In this document: positions 8,905 through 18,926 of the stretch, one piece after another
How positions within the stretch are numbered: the stretch's first letter is position 1
Layout: every line of letters begins with the position of its first letter
Source of the DNA: an uncultured Pseudomonadota bacterium
GTDB lineage: Bacteria > Pseudomonadota > Alphaproteobacteria > UBA9219
Direction: 5' to 3'
Assembly: GCA_903824505.1 (NCBI GenBank)
Contig: CAIJXG010000103.1
Coordinates: 1-46,514, forward strand
Length of the DNA stretch: 46,514 nt
Program-made: the position numbers and the translations under genes
Notes under the pieces: model-generated
What the model saw: only the letters and a program-made list of their open reading frames with translations
Databases searched by the model: none
What the model was told of the DNA's origin: nothing

Positions 8905-10233
8905 TTATTCCGCATCAGCTAGTTTCTCAAGCTCGGCTTGAGAGACCAGTTTGTCCGTCACAACCGCTTGGCTCAGGATGTGATCAATGACCTTTTCTTC
9001 CAGCAAAGGCGCGCGCAAACGATCGAGGGCGCCCTTCTGTTTGGTATAGTACTCGATTACCTTTTTTTCCTGTCCGGGATATTGGCGCGCTTCATTCATT
9101 AAGGCTCTGTGGAGCTCTGGCCCGGGCACCTCGATCGCGTTTGTTCGCGCAACTTCGGACAACAAAAACCCCAAGCGGATGCGACGCTCCGCAATTCCCC
9201 TGTAGTCGCTGCGCAGCTCCTCGTCGGTCTTGGCTTTATCTTCTTCCGGCAGATCATTCTGGGCCTTGGCCTGTTCAATCTGACCCCAGATTGAGGTGAA
9301 CTCCGCCGTGACCATACCTTCGGGAACCTCAAATTTATAGGTTTCGGCCAGTTTGTCGAGCAGTAGACGCGTGGCAATCCCACGGCTCATTGACGTCAGA
9401 TTCGCGCTTAAATCACCCGCGATCCGTTCGCGTAGTTTCTCCATGCTTGGAAGGCCAAGTTCCTTAGCCATGGCGTCATCCATGGTCATGGGCTTGGGCT
9501 GGCGCAGTTCTTTGATCTCGATATCAAAGTCAGCCTGTTTTCCGGCCAGATCCTTGGCCTGATAGTCCGTTGGGAAGGTCACCGTAATCCGTTTTTTATC
9601 GCCCACTTTGCTGCCGACAAGTTGTTCTTCAAACGTATCCACAAAGGATTTTGACCCCAGCTCAAGCTTATGGTTTTCTCCCTTCATGCCCGGACGTTTT
9701 TCACCCTCAACGCTGCCATCGAAATCAATCACAACCACATCGCCAAGGACGGCAGGACGATCTTCCGTCACAGGTTCTGCGTCCAACAAACGCTTCGCAA
9801 CACGAATAATGGCGTCGTCCACATCGGCGCTGGGAATCTCGGCAACAGGCCTTTCAATCGCAAGCGCCCCAAAATCAAGTGCCGGAATCGTGGGCAGCGT
9901 TTCAACCGTCAGGGTAAAAGCGACATCCTTGTCTTCGGCAATGCTCAACAGCTCGATCTTTGGCTGCAAGGCGGGCTGAAGCTTATGATCGGTAAGAGCT
10001 TGGCTCACCGATTCGGAAATCATCTCATCCACAATTTCTCCGTGAGCGGCCGTGCCATAACGCTGTTCGATCACCGTCAGGGGAACCTTCCCTGGACGAA
10101 AGCCGGGCATTTGTTTTGTCTTGCTGATCTCGACCAGTTTCAGACGTTTTTTCTCTTGGATCGTTCCCTGAGGAACGGTAACTGAAAATTCATGCTTCAA
10201 ACCTTCCTGTTTTAGAACCTGAATCTGGGTCAT
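8905..10233 (-). CDS. tig: Trigger factor
   Basis: PGFRPGKVP ribosome-binding motif, FKBP domain; start trimmed to MTQIQV (the longer ORF runs through tRNA-Leu). Confidence 0.96.
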   Translation of the reverse strand: MTQIQVLKQEGLKHEFSVTVPQGTIQEKKRLKLVEISKTKQMPGFRPGKVPLTVIEQRYGTAAHGEIVDEMISESVSQALTDHKLQPALQPKIELLSIAEDKDVAFTLTVETLPTIPALDFGALAIERPVAEIPSADVDDAIIRVAKRLLDAEPVTEDRPAVLGDVVVIDFDGSVEGEKRPGMKGENHKLELGSKSFVDTFEEQLVGSKVGDKKRITVTFPTDYQAKDLAGKQADFDIEIKELRQPKPMTMDDAMAKELGLPSMEKLRERIAGDLSANLTSMSRGIATRLLLDKLAETYKFEVPEGMVTAEFTSIWGQIEQAKAQNDLPEEDKAKTDEELRSDYRGIAERRIRLGFLLSEVARTNAIEVPGPELHRALMNEARQYPGQEKKVIEYYTKQKGALDRLRAPLLEEKVIDHILSQAVVTDKLVSQAELEKLADAE

Positions 10234-10282
10234 GGCTTTTCCTTTTTCGTTGAGTAAACTGATCTGTCCGTCAAGGGCGCTC

Positions 10283-10368
10283 TGGTGCGGGCGGAGGGAC
10301 TTGAACCCCCACGGCTTTTGGCCACTGGAACCTAAATCCAGCGCGTCTACCAGTTCCGCCACGTCCGC
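10283..10368 (-). tRNA. tRNA-Leu (TAG)
   Basis: Reverse complement GCGGACGTGGCGGAACTGGTAGACGCGCTGGATTTAGGTTCCAG...GTTCAAGTCCCTCCGCCCGCACCA; long variable arm; usual position upstream of tig. Confidence 0.97.
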
Positions 10369-10512
10369 GCGCGAGGAGCCCTTGACGCGGAAGCGCACCC
10401 TAGGGCAAAGGCGACAGGGAGACAACAGAAAAACAGGGGCTTGTTATGGTTGAACAGATTTCGGCTTTCTTGTAAAAGAGAGATCCGTTTTCTCTTGCGA
10501 TGAGGTATAGCC

Positions 10513-11742
10513 ATGAATGTTCAGGATTTAAAGGGACAGACGATCGCTTTTGCGGCCTCTGGCGGGCTTGACAGCTGCACGATTACCCATTGGCTTACCC
10601 AGCAAGGCGTCAAGGTTGTTGCCTTCACAGCCGATCTCGCGCAACCGGACGAAACCGATTTTGCTTCCATTGAATCCCGCATGCGGGCCTGTGGCGCGGT
10701 CGATTTTGTCGGGATGCCGTTGCAAAAGGAAATGGCGCAAGAGGGAATCGCAGGGATTCAAGCACAGGCCTGTTATGAAGGACGGTACTGGTGCACGACT
10801 CCTTTGGGACGGCAGGTGACGACCAAGGGGCTGGTCGATGCCGTCAAAAAACGGGGGATTTCGATTGTCAGTCACGGCGCAACGGGACGCGGCAACGATC
10901 AGGTTCGTTTTCAATTGATTACGAATATGATGGACCCGTCCATAGGGGTTTACGCGCCGTGGCGGGACGAGGCGTTTTTGAACCGCTTTGGCGGCCGTCT
11001 ACAAATGATCGATTATTGCGAAAAACACGGCTTGCCGATCAAGGCCTCGCGCGACAAACCCTATTCGACGGATGCTAATCTTTTGGGCCTGACCCATGAA
11101 GGCGGAAAGCTGGAATCGCTGCAAACACCAGCCCATTTTGTAACGCCGGAAATGGGAGTCTGGCCTGAGAACGCGCCGGACAAAGCCGAGGAAGTGACCA
11201 TCCGCTTTGAAAAAGGCCAGCCTGTTTTGATTAACGGGAAACCTGTGGATGCCTTGATCGCCCTTTTGCACGCGAATGAGATCGGGGGCCGTCACGGGAT
11301 CGGGATTGGCCTTCATCTGGTTGAAAATCGCTTTGTTGGCGTGAAATCACGCGGCATTTACGAAGCACCGGGCATGGAGCTTTTGGGCAGCGCCTATGGA
11401 TTTTTGCTTCAACTGATCCTCGATCGGCGCGCGCGGGAGCTATTCGATAGTCTATCGGCGACCCTCACAAAACAGCTCTATCAGGGCTATTGGAATGATC
11501 TGGCCTCGCGCATGGGACGGGAAGCCGTGGCGGAAACGGCGCAGCTTGTGACAGGCAGCGTGACGGTTTCGCTCTATAAGGGCGTCATTGCCTATGTCAC
11601 GACAGCAGATGTGCCTCATTCGCTCTTTTCCATGGATGGCTCCATGGAGGACGAAGGCAGCTTCGACCACAAAGATTCGGAAGGCTTCCTTGGCGTTTTG
11701 GGCGTTCACGCGCGGGCGATCGCTCGCGCAGGACAGGTCTAG
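10513..11742 (+). CDS. argG: Argininosuccinate synthase
   Basis: ASGGLDSC PP-loop, HGATGRGNDQVRF, ENRFVGVKSRGIYEAPG; GAGG RBS. Confidence 0.96.
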   Translation: MNVQDLKGQTIAFAASGGLDSCTITHWLTQQGVKVVAFTADLAQPDETDFASIESRMRACGAVDFVGMPLQKEMAQEGIAGIQAQACYEGRYWCTTPLGRQVTTKGLVDAVKKRGISIVSHGATGRGNDQVRFQLITNMMDPSIGVYAPWRDEAFLNRFGGRLQMIDYCEKHGLPIKASRDKPYSTDANLLGLTHEGGKLESLQTPAHFVTPEMGVWPENAPDKAEEVTIRFEKGQPVLINGKPVDALIALLHANEIGGRHGIGIGLHLVENRFVGVKSRGIYEAPGMELLGSAYGFLLQLILDRRARELFDSLSATLTKQLYQGYWNDLASRMGREAVAETAQLVTGSVTVSLYKGVIAYVTTADVPHSLFSMDGSMEDEGSFDHKDSEGFLGVLGVHARAIARAGQV

Positions 11743-11783
11743 CGCCCTGCGTCACCTAAAAAGAAATGATTTGACTTGATCTT

Positions 11784-13223
11784 TTAGGAAACGGCCTGTT
11801 TTTCTGCAATCCACGCCTCTGTTTGGGCGAGGCACGTCCGGCCTTTGTCCAATTGTTCTTGAACACGCGAGGGAGCCGTTCCGCCTTCGGATTGGCGCAA
11901 TCCAATCAGTGTGGGCAAGGCGATGGAAGTATAGAAATCCTCGGCAAAGGCGGCGTGATAGCGCTGCAACTCCGCCAAAGGCAAATCTTTTAAAGCCCGT
12001 CCGGACTCAAGACAGATCCGTACAAGCTTGCCGATGATCTCATGCGCTTCGCGGAAAGGAACTCCACGTTTGGCCAGATAATCCGCCGCGTCCGTCGCGT
12101 CCAGAAACCCCTTTTGCGCCGCTTCAGCCATACGATCTTTCTTGACCTGCAGGACCGCCATCATAGCGGTGATATGCTGCAGGGACGCCTGAACCGTCTC
12201 GACCGAATCAAACAACCCTTCTTTGTCTTCTTGGAAATCCTTATTATAGGCCAAGGGGGTTCCCTTCAAAACCATCAACATGCCCATTAAGGCTGCCGTG
12301 ACTCGGCCTGTTTTAGCGCGGACCAGCTCGGCCAGATCGGCGTTTTTCTTTTGCGGCATCATGCTGCTGCCCGAGCAAAAAGCGTCAGAGAGAGAAACAA
12401 ACCCAAACTCAGCCGACATCCACAACACGATTTCTTCACACAGGCGGGAGAGGTGAACGGAAATCAGAGCATTGGCCGCCAGATGCTCCACGACATAATC
12501 GCGGTCGCTAACGGCATCCATGCTGTTGGGATAAACACCTGCAAAGCCAAGCTCGGCAGATGTTTGTTGCCGGTCAATCGGGAAAGTCGTCCCCGCAAGC
12601 GCGCCGGCCCCCAAGGGCGAGATATTGGCGCGGCGATACCCGTCTTGCATGCGCTCGATATCGCGCTGCGCCATCCAGAAATAGGCCATCAGATGATGGG
12701 CAAAGAGAATCGGCTGTGCACGCTGCATATGGGTATAGCCGGGCATCAGTGTATCTATATGTCCGTGTGCCTGAGTCCATAGCGTCTGTTGAAAACGGGC
12801 CAGAAGCCGTATGGTATGCAAGCTGTTTTCCCGCACATACAAATGCGTGTCGAGGGCAACTTGATCATTCCGACTCCGCGCTGTGTGCAATTTGCCCGCA
12901 AGGGAGCCGATTTTGGCCTGCAGCAAACGTTCTATATTCATATGAATATCTTCGTCTTCTTCTAAGAAGGCGACTTGCCCCGTAGCCAGATCCTCTTGAA
13001 GGGATTCTAGCCCCTCGATCAACGCACAGCTTTCCTCGAGCGCAATAATTCCGGTTGCCCCCAGCATCCGCGCATGTGCGATGCTGCCCCGTAAATCGAA
13101 AGCTGCAAGTTTACGATCGAAGCCAATCGAGGACCAAAAGCGGTTCAGATCAGCCCCCGCAACCTCAGTAAAACGCCCAGACCAAAGTTTATCCGGCTGT
13201 TTAGGAGCTTGATGACCTGTCAT
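11784..13223 (-). CDS. argH: Argininosuccinate lyase
   Basis: LWSGRF, EDIHMNIE, HTARSRNDQ, PGYTHMQRAQP, GSSMMPQKKN. Confidence 0.96.
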   Translation of the reverse strand: MTGHQAPKQPDKLWSGRFTEVAGADLNRFWSSIGFDRKLAAFDLRGSIAHARMLGATGIIALEESCALIEGLESLQEDLATGQVAFLEEDEDIHMNIERLLQAKIGSLAGKLHTARSRNDQVALDTHLYVRENSLHTIRLLARFQQTLWTQAHGHIDTLMPGYTHMQRAQPILFAHHLMAYFWMAQRDIERMQDGYRRANISPLGAGALAGTTFPIDRQQTSAELGFAGVYPNSMDAVSDRDYVVEHLAANALISVHLSRLCEEIVLWMSAEFGFVSLSDAFCSGSSMMPQKKNADLAELVRAKTGRVTAALMGMLMVLKGTPLAYNKDFQEDKEGLFDSVETVQASLQHITAMMAVLQVKKDRMAEAAQKGFLDATDAADYLAKRGVPFREAHEIIGKLVRICLESGRALKDLPLAELQRYHAAFAEDFYTSIALPTLIGLRQSEGGTAPSRVQEQLDKGRTCLAQTEAWIAEKQAVS

Positions 13224-13407
13224 GCCTTCTTTTCCTCATGCGGATTTATGTTTTTCTTCAGCTGCTACGAAATGAACTTTTTTTCTGTACAAATCAAGAC
13301 AAGGAAATAGGCCGACAATCCCCTTGCCATAAGCGCCAAAAAAGGGTTTGTTGCCATAGTCCTTTTTCTAGGGGATATTGGTGCGTTTCATAAAGGCCGC
13401 AGAAGGC

Positions 13408-14586
13408 ATGAAGGTGAAGAAAATGCATAAGAGCTCAAGACTTCCGGTCTTTTTAATTCTAGCAGCGCTGCTGTCTTTGACGGCCTGCGACACGTTGACG
13501 CCCTTCCTGCCAGATTCGGGCCCAAGCCGTTCGGAGGTAGAAGACACAAGCCTCGCGCCAGAGATAAAACCCGCTATCGTGGAAGTCGACGATACCGTCG
13601 CGCGCCGTTTGCAAGCCGCCCAGAAGCGTACAGCCTTTGCCGATATTTTTCCTGAAAAACCAGCCCCGGCAGATACGGCCGGCCCTGGCGATGCGCTCGA
13701 CATCCATATTTGGGAAGCCCCTCCTGCGGTTCTGTTTGGGGCGCCTTTGATGGATCTCCAAGCCTCCACAGGCATGCCCGCCGCTAACTTCCCCGAGCAG
13801 ATGGTCGCGGTAGACGGCACGATTTCTCTTCCCTTCACGGGATCTTTGCCGGTCGCGGGACAAACAACCAAGCAAATTGGCGCCCTGATCGCCCATCAGT
13901 TGAAAGGCAAAGCCCATGATCCACAGATTTTGGTGCGGATCACGCGCAACGCCAGTGCCACGGTCACCATCGTCGGTGAAGTTGGGCAAAGCCAACGCAT
14001 GCCGTTGACTCCAAAGGGAGAACGGCTTTTGGACGCACTGGCCGCGAGCGGGGGCACCCGTCAGCCCGTGGACAAGATGACGCTTCAGCTTAGCCGCCAA
14101 GGACGCTCGGCCTCCATGCCGTTGGAATCTGTTATTCAGGATCCCAAGCAAAATGTGATGCTGTGCGCAGGGGATGTTCTGACGGCTTTGCATAAATCGC
14201 TCAGTTTCACGTCGCTGGGCGCAACGGGCAAGAACGAGGAAGTCGATTTCGAAACAAAAGGGATTACGCTGGCTCAAGCTTTGGGGCGCGTCGGGGGTTT
14301 GGACGATTCCAGAGCCAACCCCAAAGGGGCCTTTATCTTCCGCTTCGAAGATCCCGCCGCCTTGCCCCCCGATCAGACAAATCTTCCCCAAACGCCTGAG
14401 GGGAAAATCCCCGTGGTGTATCGCGTCGATTTGTCCAATCCCGCGACCTTTTTTGCGGCCCAGCATTTTCCCGTTCAAGACAAGGACGTGATTTATGTCG
14501 CGAATGCGCCATCGGTCGAGTTCCAGAAATTCATGAATATCATCTACACGGCTGTGTTCTCGGCCATGAATATCTCGACGCTTTAG
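13408..14586 (+). CDS. Capsular polysaccharide export outer-membrane lipoprotein (Wza/CtrA/WcbC family)
   Basis: Lipobox LTAC, poly_export and SLBB motifs (GPGDALDIHIWE, DGTISLPFTG, DKDVIYVANAP); start may be 13408 or 13423. Confidence 0.9.
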   Translation: MKVKKMHKSSRLPVFLILAALLSLTACDTLTPFLPDSGPSRSEVEDTSLAPEIKPAIVEVDDTVARRLQAAQKRTAFADIFPEKPAPADTAGPGDALDIHIWEAPPAVLFGAPLMDLQASTGMPAANFPEQMVAVDGTISLPFTGSLPVAGQTTKQIGALIAHQLKGKAHDPQILVRITRNASATVTIVGEVGQSQRMPLTPKGERLLDALAASGGTRQPVDKMTLQLSRQGRSASMPLESVIQDPKQNVMLCAGDVLTALHKSLSFTSLGATGKNEEVDFETKGITLAQALGRVGGLDDSRANPKGAFIFRFEDPAALPPDQTNLPQTPEGKIPVVYRVDLSNPATFFAAQHFPVQDKDVIYVANAPSVEFQKFMNIIYTAVFSAMNISTL

Positions 14587-14594
14587 AGGGGGGG

Positions 14595-15752
14595 ATGACA
14601 GACGCCGTGATTCTAGACATCACGCGTCTTTTGGGGCGCACGCTTGCTTGTATGGCGCCCACAGGTGTCGATCGAGTGACGAGAGCCTATATCCGGCATT
14701 TCGGCCCCCGCGCCCGGGCCCTTGTTCGTTTCGGGGGGCGCTGGATCGTTCCGTGCCAAACCGAGTCTCAGAAACTTTTCGACGGGCTTTTGACTCCCGA
14801 TAACATTTTCCGGATCAAAGCGCGGTTCAGTGTCGTTCGGCATTATCTGTTCGGCGCTCCTGACATCGACGGCCATGTCCTTTTCAATATGGATCATAAC
14901 GGGCTGGCGGATCCTTCTTACGCGGCTGAGATTCAGCGCCGGAATCTCAAACCCTATTATTTTCTGCATGATCTGATTCCAATCCACTACCCAGAATATG
15001 GACGCCCAGAGGCAAGGGCGCGACACGTCAAATGCATCGATACCATGCAGGCGACAGGGCGCGGTGTGATCGTGAATTCCGATGCCACACGCGCTGAATT
15101 TCAGTCCTATGCACAAAAACGAGGCTGGGCCCCCCGGCCCCTTTTGGTTGCGCGGCTTGCACCGCCGGATTTACTCAAACCTTCGGATGAACGCCCCCTG
15201 CCCTGCCCCTATTTCGTCATGCTCGGCACCATTGAGCCGCGTAAAAATCATTTATTGCTTTTGCATATCTGGCGGGCCCTGATTCAAGCAAAGGGTGAGG
15301 CAGCGCCTAAGCTTGTCCTGATCGGGCGGCGGGGCTGGGAATGTGAGCAAATTCTTGATCTGCTTGATCGATGCGTCCCGTTGCGTGGTTTTGTGATTGA
15401 GCAGCCCCACTGCACAGATACGGATCTTGCGCGTTTTCTTTTTCACGCGCAGGCTTTGCTCTTGCCCTCTTTTGCCGAAGGGTTCGGTCTGCCCTTGATC
15501 GAAGCCTTGAGCCTCGGCACATCGGTAATCGCCAGTGATTTGCCCGTTTTTAAGGAAATCGCGGGAACAATTCCGGAATTTCTGGATCCGCTGGATGGGC
15601 TGGGATGGAGGCAAAAGATTGAGGATTATGCAAACCCCGACAGCCCCAACCGCGCGGCTCAAAAAGAACGGCTGAGAAATTTTCATCCCCCCAGCTGGGC
15701 AGACCATTTTGCTTTTGTGGAGTCTTTTCTGGAACGGGGAGTCCTACGGTGA
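14595..15752 (+). CDS. GT4 glycosyltransferase (WcbB-like)
   Basis: TGVDRV, HDLIP, GTIEPRKNH, PSFAEGFGLPLIEA, ASDLPVFKE. Confidence 0.9.
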   Translation: MTDAVILDITRLLGRTLACMAPTGVDRVTRAYIRHFGPRARALVRFGGRWIVPCQTESQKLFDGLLTPDNIFRIKARFSVVRHYLFGAPDIDGHVLFNMDHNGLADPSYAAEIQRRNLKPYYFLHDLIPIHYPEYGRPEARARHVKCIDTMQATGRGVIVNSDATRAEFQSYAQKRGWAPRPLLVARLAPPDLLKPSDERPLPCPYFVMLGTIEPRKNHLLLLHIWRALIQAKGEAAPKLVLIGRRGWECEQILDLLDRCVPLRGFVIEQPHCTDTDLARFLFHAQALLLPSFAEGFGLPLIEALSLGTSVIASDLPVFKEIAGTIPEFLDPLDGLGWRQKIEDYANPDSPNRAAQKERLRNFHPPSWADHFAFVESFLERGVLR

Positions 15753-16843
15753 CTCCCGATAAAGGCCCTTTCTACGCCTATGATTTTCCTCGCTGGAAAC
15801 AGCCGATCTTAAGGCAATGTCTGACAGGACAGGCTGTGACATTTATCTGTCCAAAAGATCCGTTGCCTTCCTCGGGTGTGCTTCTTCTGTGGGGCATGGC
15901 TCCGGCACCCAATGGGCTTTCCCCTTCTGTATCTGTGTGGCGTGTGGAGGATGGTTTTCTGCGCTCAGTGGGACTCAGCGCGGATCTGGCGCGGCCTCTC
16001 TCATGGGTTTTAGATCAGAGTGGCATTTATTACGACGCTTCTCGCCCTTCTGGCCTTGAAAAGATTTTAGCTGAAACGGGTTTTGATGAGGCGCTCTGCG
16101 CCCGTGCAGCCTCCTTACGGGCCCGCATCGCCGAATCAGGCGTAACAAAATATAATATGGGCGCGAAAAAGTGGCAAAGGTCAGAGCATACAAGGCGCGT
16201 AATCCTTGTGCCCGGACAAGTCGAAAGCGATGCCTCTCTTGCCTTCGGAAGCCCTGAAATCCGAACAAATATGGGGCTTTTACAGGCGGTGCGTGCGGCG
16301 AACCCAACGGCCTATCTTCTCTATAAACCCCATCCCGATGTCTGGGCGGGGTTACGCGCCGCCGGAATCGACGAGTCAGAGGCGGCGCGATGGAGCGATG
16401 AAATCGTGACGGAAACCAGCATGGGCGAGCTTTTGACCTCCGTAGATGCCGTGCATGTGATGACCTCTCTGGCAGGATTCGAGGCGTTGCTACGCGGAAA
16501 AGAAACAACCTGCTATGGCCAGCCTTTTTACGCCGGATGGGGGCTCACGCAAGACAAGGCCCCCCTGCCCCGCCGCACGCGGATTCTGTCGCTGGATGAG
16601 CTGGTCGCAGGGGCCTTAATCTTGTATCCGCGTTATCTCAGCCGCGACGGAAAAAGTCTGACCACACCCGAAGAAGCGCTTGAAAGTCTTATCTGTTGGC
16701 GCGCCAAAAACAAAGGACGCCTCCCTTGGTGGAGCCGTCTCACACGCTTCCTCATCCGCCGGATGGAGGGGGTGACGTATACTCGGTTTCCTTGGAAAGC
16801 CGAGGATGCGATTCCGTGCAAAACACGCGCTCAGCGAAGCTGA
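15749..16843 (+). CDS. Capsule export protein / beta-Kdo transferase, KpsC/LipA/WcbA family (single domain); last 21 aa derive from a MITE
   Basis: EDGFLRS, GIYYD, VPGQVESDAS, KPHP, GFEALLRG, PFYAGWGLT; GTG start overlaps the upstream stop. Confidence 0.88.
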   Translation: MTPDKGPFYAYDFPRWKQPILRQCLTGQAVTFICPKDPLPSSGVLLLWGMAPAPNGLSPSVSVWRVEDGFLRSVGLSADLARPLSWVLDQSGIYYDASRPSGLEKILAETGFDEALCARAASLRARIAESGVTKYNMGAKKWQRSEHTRRVILVPGQVESDASLAFGSPEIRTNMGLLQAVRAANPTAYLLYKPHPDVWAGLRAAGIDESEAARWSDEIVTETSMGELLTSVDAVHVMTSLAGFEALLRGKETTCYGQPFYAGWGLTQDKAPLPRRTRILSLDELVAGALILYPRYLSRDGKSLTTPEEALESLICWRAKNKGRLPWWSRLTRFLIRRMEGVTYTRFPWKAEDAIPCKTRAQRS

Positions 16844-16894
16844 TGCGCCTTTTGCGCGGACAAAACGTTCGGGGCCCGAAGGGGCCCGAGTATA
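16778..16894 (+). mobile_element. MITE family A, long copy 2
   Basis: TATACTCGG...CCGAGTATA; inserted at the TA of the inferred original TAG stop of the KpsC-like gene. Confidence 0.9.
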
Positions 16895-16906
16895 GAAAGG
16901 AAAAAC

Positions 16907-16980
16907 TGGAGGCACGGGCCGGAATCGAACCGGCATACAAGGATTTGCAGTCCTCTGCATAGCCATTCTGCCACCGCGCC
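16907..16980 (-). tRNA. tRNA-Cys (GCA)
   Basis: Reverse complement GGCGCGGTGGCAGAATGGCTATGCAGAGGACTGCAAATCCTTGTATGCCGGTTCGATTCCGGCCCGTGCCTCCA. Confidence 0.97.
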
Positions 16981-17400
16981 ATCCGCTTGGAAAACCAAGG
17001 AGGGCCCACACTAGGTGCTTGAGCTTCCGAGGTCAAGCTTGTAGGATCGCCCCCAGCACTTCTAAAAGTATAGGAAAAGAGAGCTGTCCTACGGAAAGAG
17101 TGGTAGAATCCCCTCCCCCTCGTGGGGCTTGACGCGCAGCGTCGAGGCCGCAGGCTGGTGGGTGGGGGGAGCGCAGAAGAGATCAGGGGTGAGAGTCAGC
17201 ACAGAATCTGCGGCCAGCAATCCGCGTCTTTGTCTTTGATTCAAAACATGATTTCCTGAACCCATGCCCCCCTTCCCCCAACATGTGGCCTTGACTCACA
17301 ACCTCAAGGCCGCCCGGGAAAGGGATTCTGCTCACTCTTTTTGCATGGGGATCGTTGCTTTTGGAAAATGCTGCCAACCCGATATTTCTTTGGACTTTCT

Positions 17401-18093
17401 ATGCTCTCTTCTCCCGCTCCTTCTCCTTATGCTCCATCCCCTTATGACAGTGCGCGTGCGCATATGGTCGAGGGGCAGTTGCGCCCCAATCAGGTGACGG
17501 ATCCGCGCATACTGGCCGTTATGGGACAGGTCCCGCGCGAGCTTTTTGTGCCCTCAACGCTTGTAAATGTCGCCTATCTGGACGAGGATATGCCCTTGAT
17601 TGCAGGACGGGCTCTTATGCCTCCTATGGTGCTGGCGCGGGTGATTCAGGCGCTCGAGATTAAATCCGGCGACCGCGTTTTGGATCTTGCCCCGGGGACG
17701 GGCTATTCCACTCTTGTCCTGTCTTATTTGGCGCATGACGTCATTGGTGTGGAGCCTCACGCGCTTTTATGCCAAGAGGCGGAGACAGCACTTGCCACTT
17801 CTCCCCCTCACGGAAAAGCCAAGATTCTCGCAGGAGCGCCGGTCGAAGGCTGCGGGGCCTATGCCCCCTTTGATGCGATCCTGATCAACGGGTCGGTTGA
17901 GCAGATTCCGCCGCTTCTCTTTGCCCAGCTTTCCGAAGGCGGCCGCTTGGCCGCCGTAATGCGGAACCCCAACGGGTGCGGCGAGGCGCGTCTTTACCGC
18001 AAGAAAAATGACGGGGTCATCGAAACGATTCTCTTCGATGCCCAGATTCGGCCCGCGCCTGGCTTTGACATTCCGCGCGGTTTTGCCTTTTAA
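17401..18093 (+). CDS. pcm: Protein-L-isoaspartate O-methyltransferase family protein
   Basis: ARAHMVEGQLRPN, VPRELFVP, LDLAPGTGYS, APFDAILINGSV, C-terminal GFAF; start approximate. Confidence 0.88.
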   Translation: MLSSPAPSPYAPSPYDSARAHMVEGQLRPNQVTDPRILAVMGQVPRELFVPSTLVNVAYLDEDMPLIAGRALMPPMVLARVIQALEIKSGDRVLDLAPGTGYSTLVLSYLAHDVIGVEPHALLCQEAETALATSPPHGKAKILAGAPVEGCGAYAPFDAILINGSVEQIPPLLFAQLSEGGRLAAVMRNPNGCGEARLYRKKNDGVIETILFDAQIRPAPGFDIPRGFAF

Positions 18094-18112
18094 CACTTCC
18101 GAAAGAAACGAC

Positions 18113-18871
18113 ATGCCTGATCCTTCTCTCCCTCTGGCCGAGGAACCGACGCCTGTTGACAACGGCAAGGAAATGCTGCGCACGATTGTCTCGGCGCTGC
18201 TGATTGCGCTTTTGGTGCGCACCTTTTTGTATGAGCCTTTTAATATCCCTTCCGGCTCCATGGTGCCCTCTTTGCTGGTGGGGGATTATCTTTTTGTGTC
18301 AAAATTCTCTTATGGCTATGCGGATAAGGGAACTTTTGCGGGGCTTGTCTCTTTTCCCGGGCGGCTCGGCGGCCATGCGCCGCAGCGTGGAGACGTTGTC
18401 GTGTTCAAACTTCCGCGCGATCCGTCCATTGATTACATCAAACGTCTGATTGGCTTGCCGGGCGATACAATCCAAATGCGGCAAGGGATCCTTTACGTGA
18501 ATGGCGCGTCGGTTGACCGAGATCGACTAGCGGAACCGTTACCTCTGGGGCATCCGTCTTCTCGGGCCATTGATTACACCGAGCATTTGCCTCAAGGCCC
18601 CGCGCATCTGATCCGCAAGCTGGGTGATGAAAACCCGCTGGATGATACGGATGTTTTTACAGTTCCCCCCCATCGCTATTTCTTTATGGGGGATAATCGG
18701 GACAATTCACTGGACAGCCGTACCGTCAATGTCGGCTTCGTGCCGGAAGAAAATCTAGTCGGCAAGGCCGAGTTCCTCTTTTTCTCGATCGATGAAAGCG
18801 CCCATTTCTGGGAGATCTGGACGTGGCCATGGACAGTCCGGTGGGACCGTCTGTTGAAGCACGTAGGATAG
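18113..18871 (+). CDS. lepB: Signal peptidase I
   Basis: PFNIPSGSMVPSLLVGD, YIKRLIGLPGD, GDNRDNSLDSR. Confidence 0.96.
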   Translation: MPDPSLPLAEEPTPVDNGKEMLRTIVSALLIALLVRTFLYEPFNIPSGSMVPSLLVGDYLFVSKFSYGYADKGTFAGLVSFPGRLGGHAPQRGDVVVFKLPRDPSIDYIKRLIGLPGDTIQMRQGILYVNGASVDRDRLAEPLPLGHPSSRAIDYTEHLPQGPAHLIRKLGDENPLDDTDVFTVPPHRYFFMGDNRDNSLDSRTVNVGFVPEENLVGKAEFLFFSIDESAHFWEIWTWPWTVRWDRLLKHVG

Positions 18872-18926
18872 TGTCTTTCTTAGGCTCGACTTTCGGCACG
18901 ACTCTCTTTATTTTGCCTTCTCTCAA

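Noticed and set aside
10234-10425. N-terminal extension of tig
   Set aside because: Runs through tRNA-Leu; the real start is 10233.
13459-14478. 339-aa antisense ORF
   Set aside because: Shadow of the export gene on the opposite strand, no motifs.
17110-17169. REP-like CCCCTCCCCCTCGTGGGG...GGTGGGGG tract
   Set aside because: Single degenerate copy in the window; cannot be supported as a repeat.
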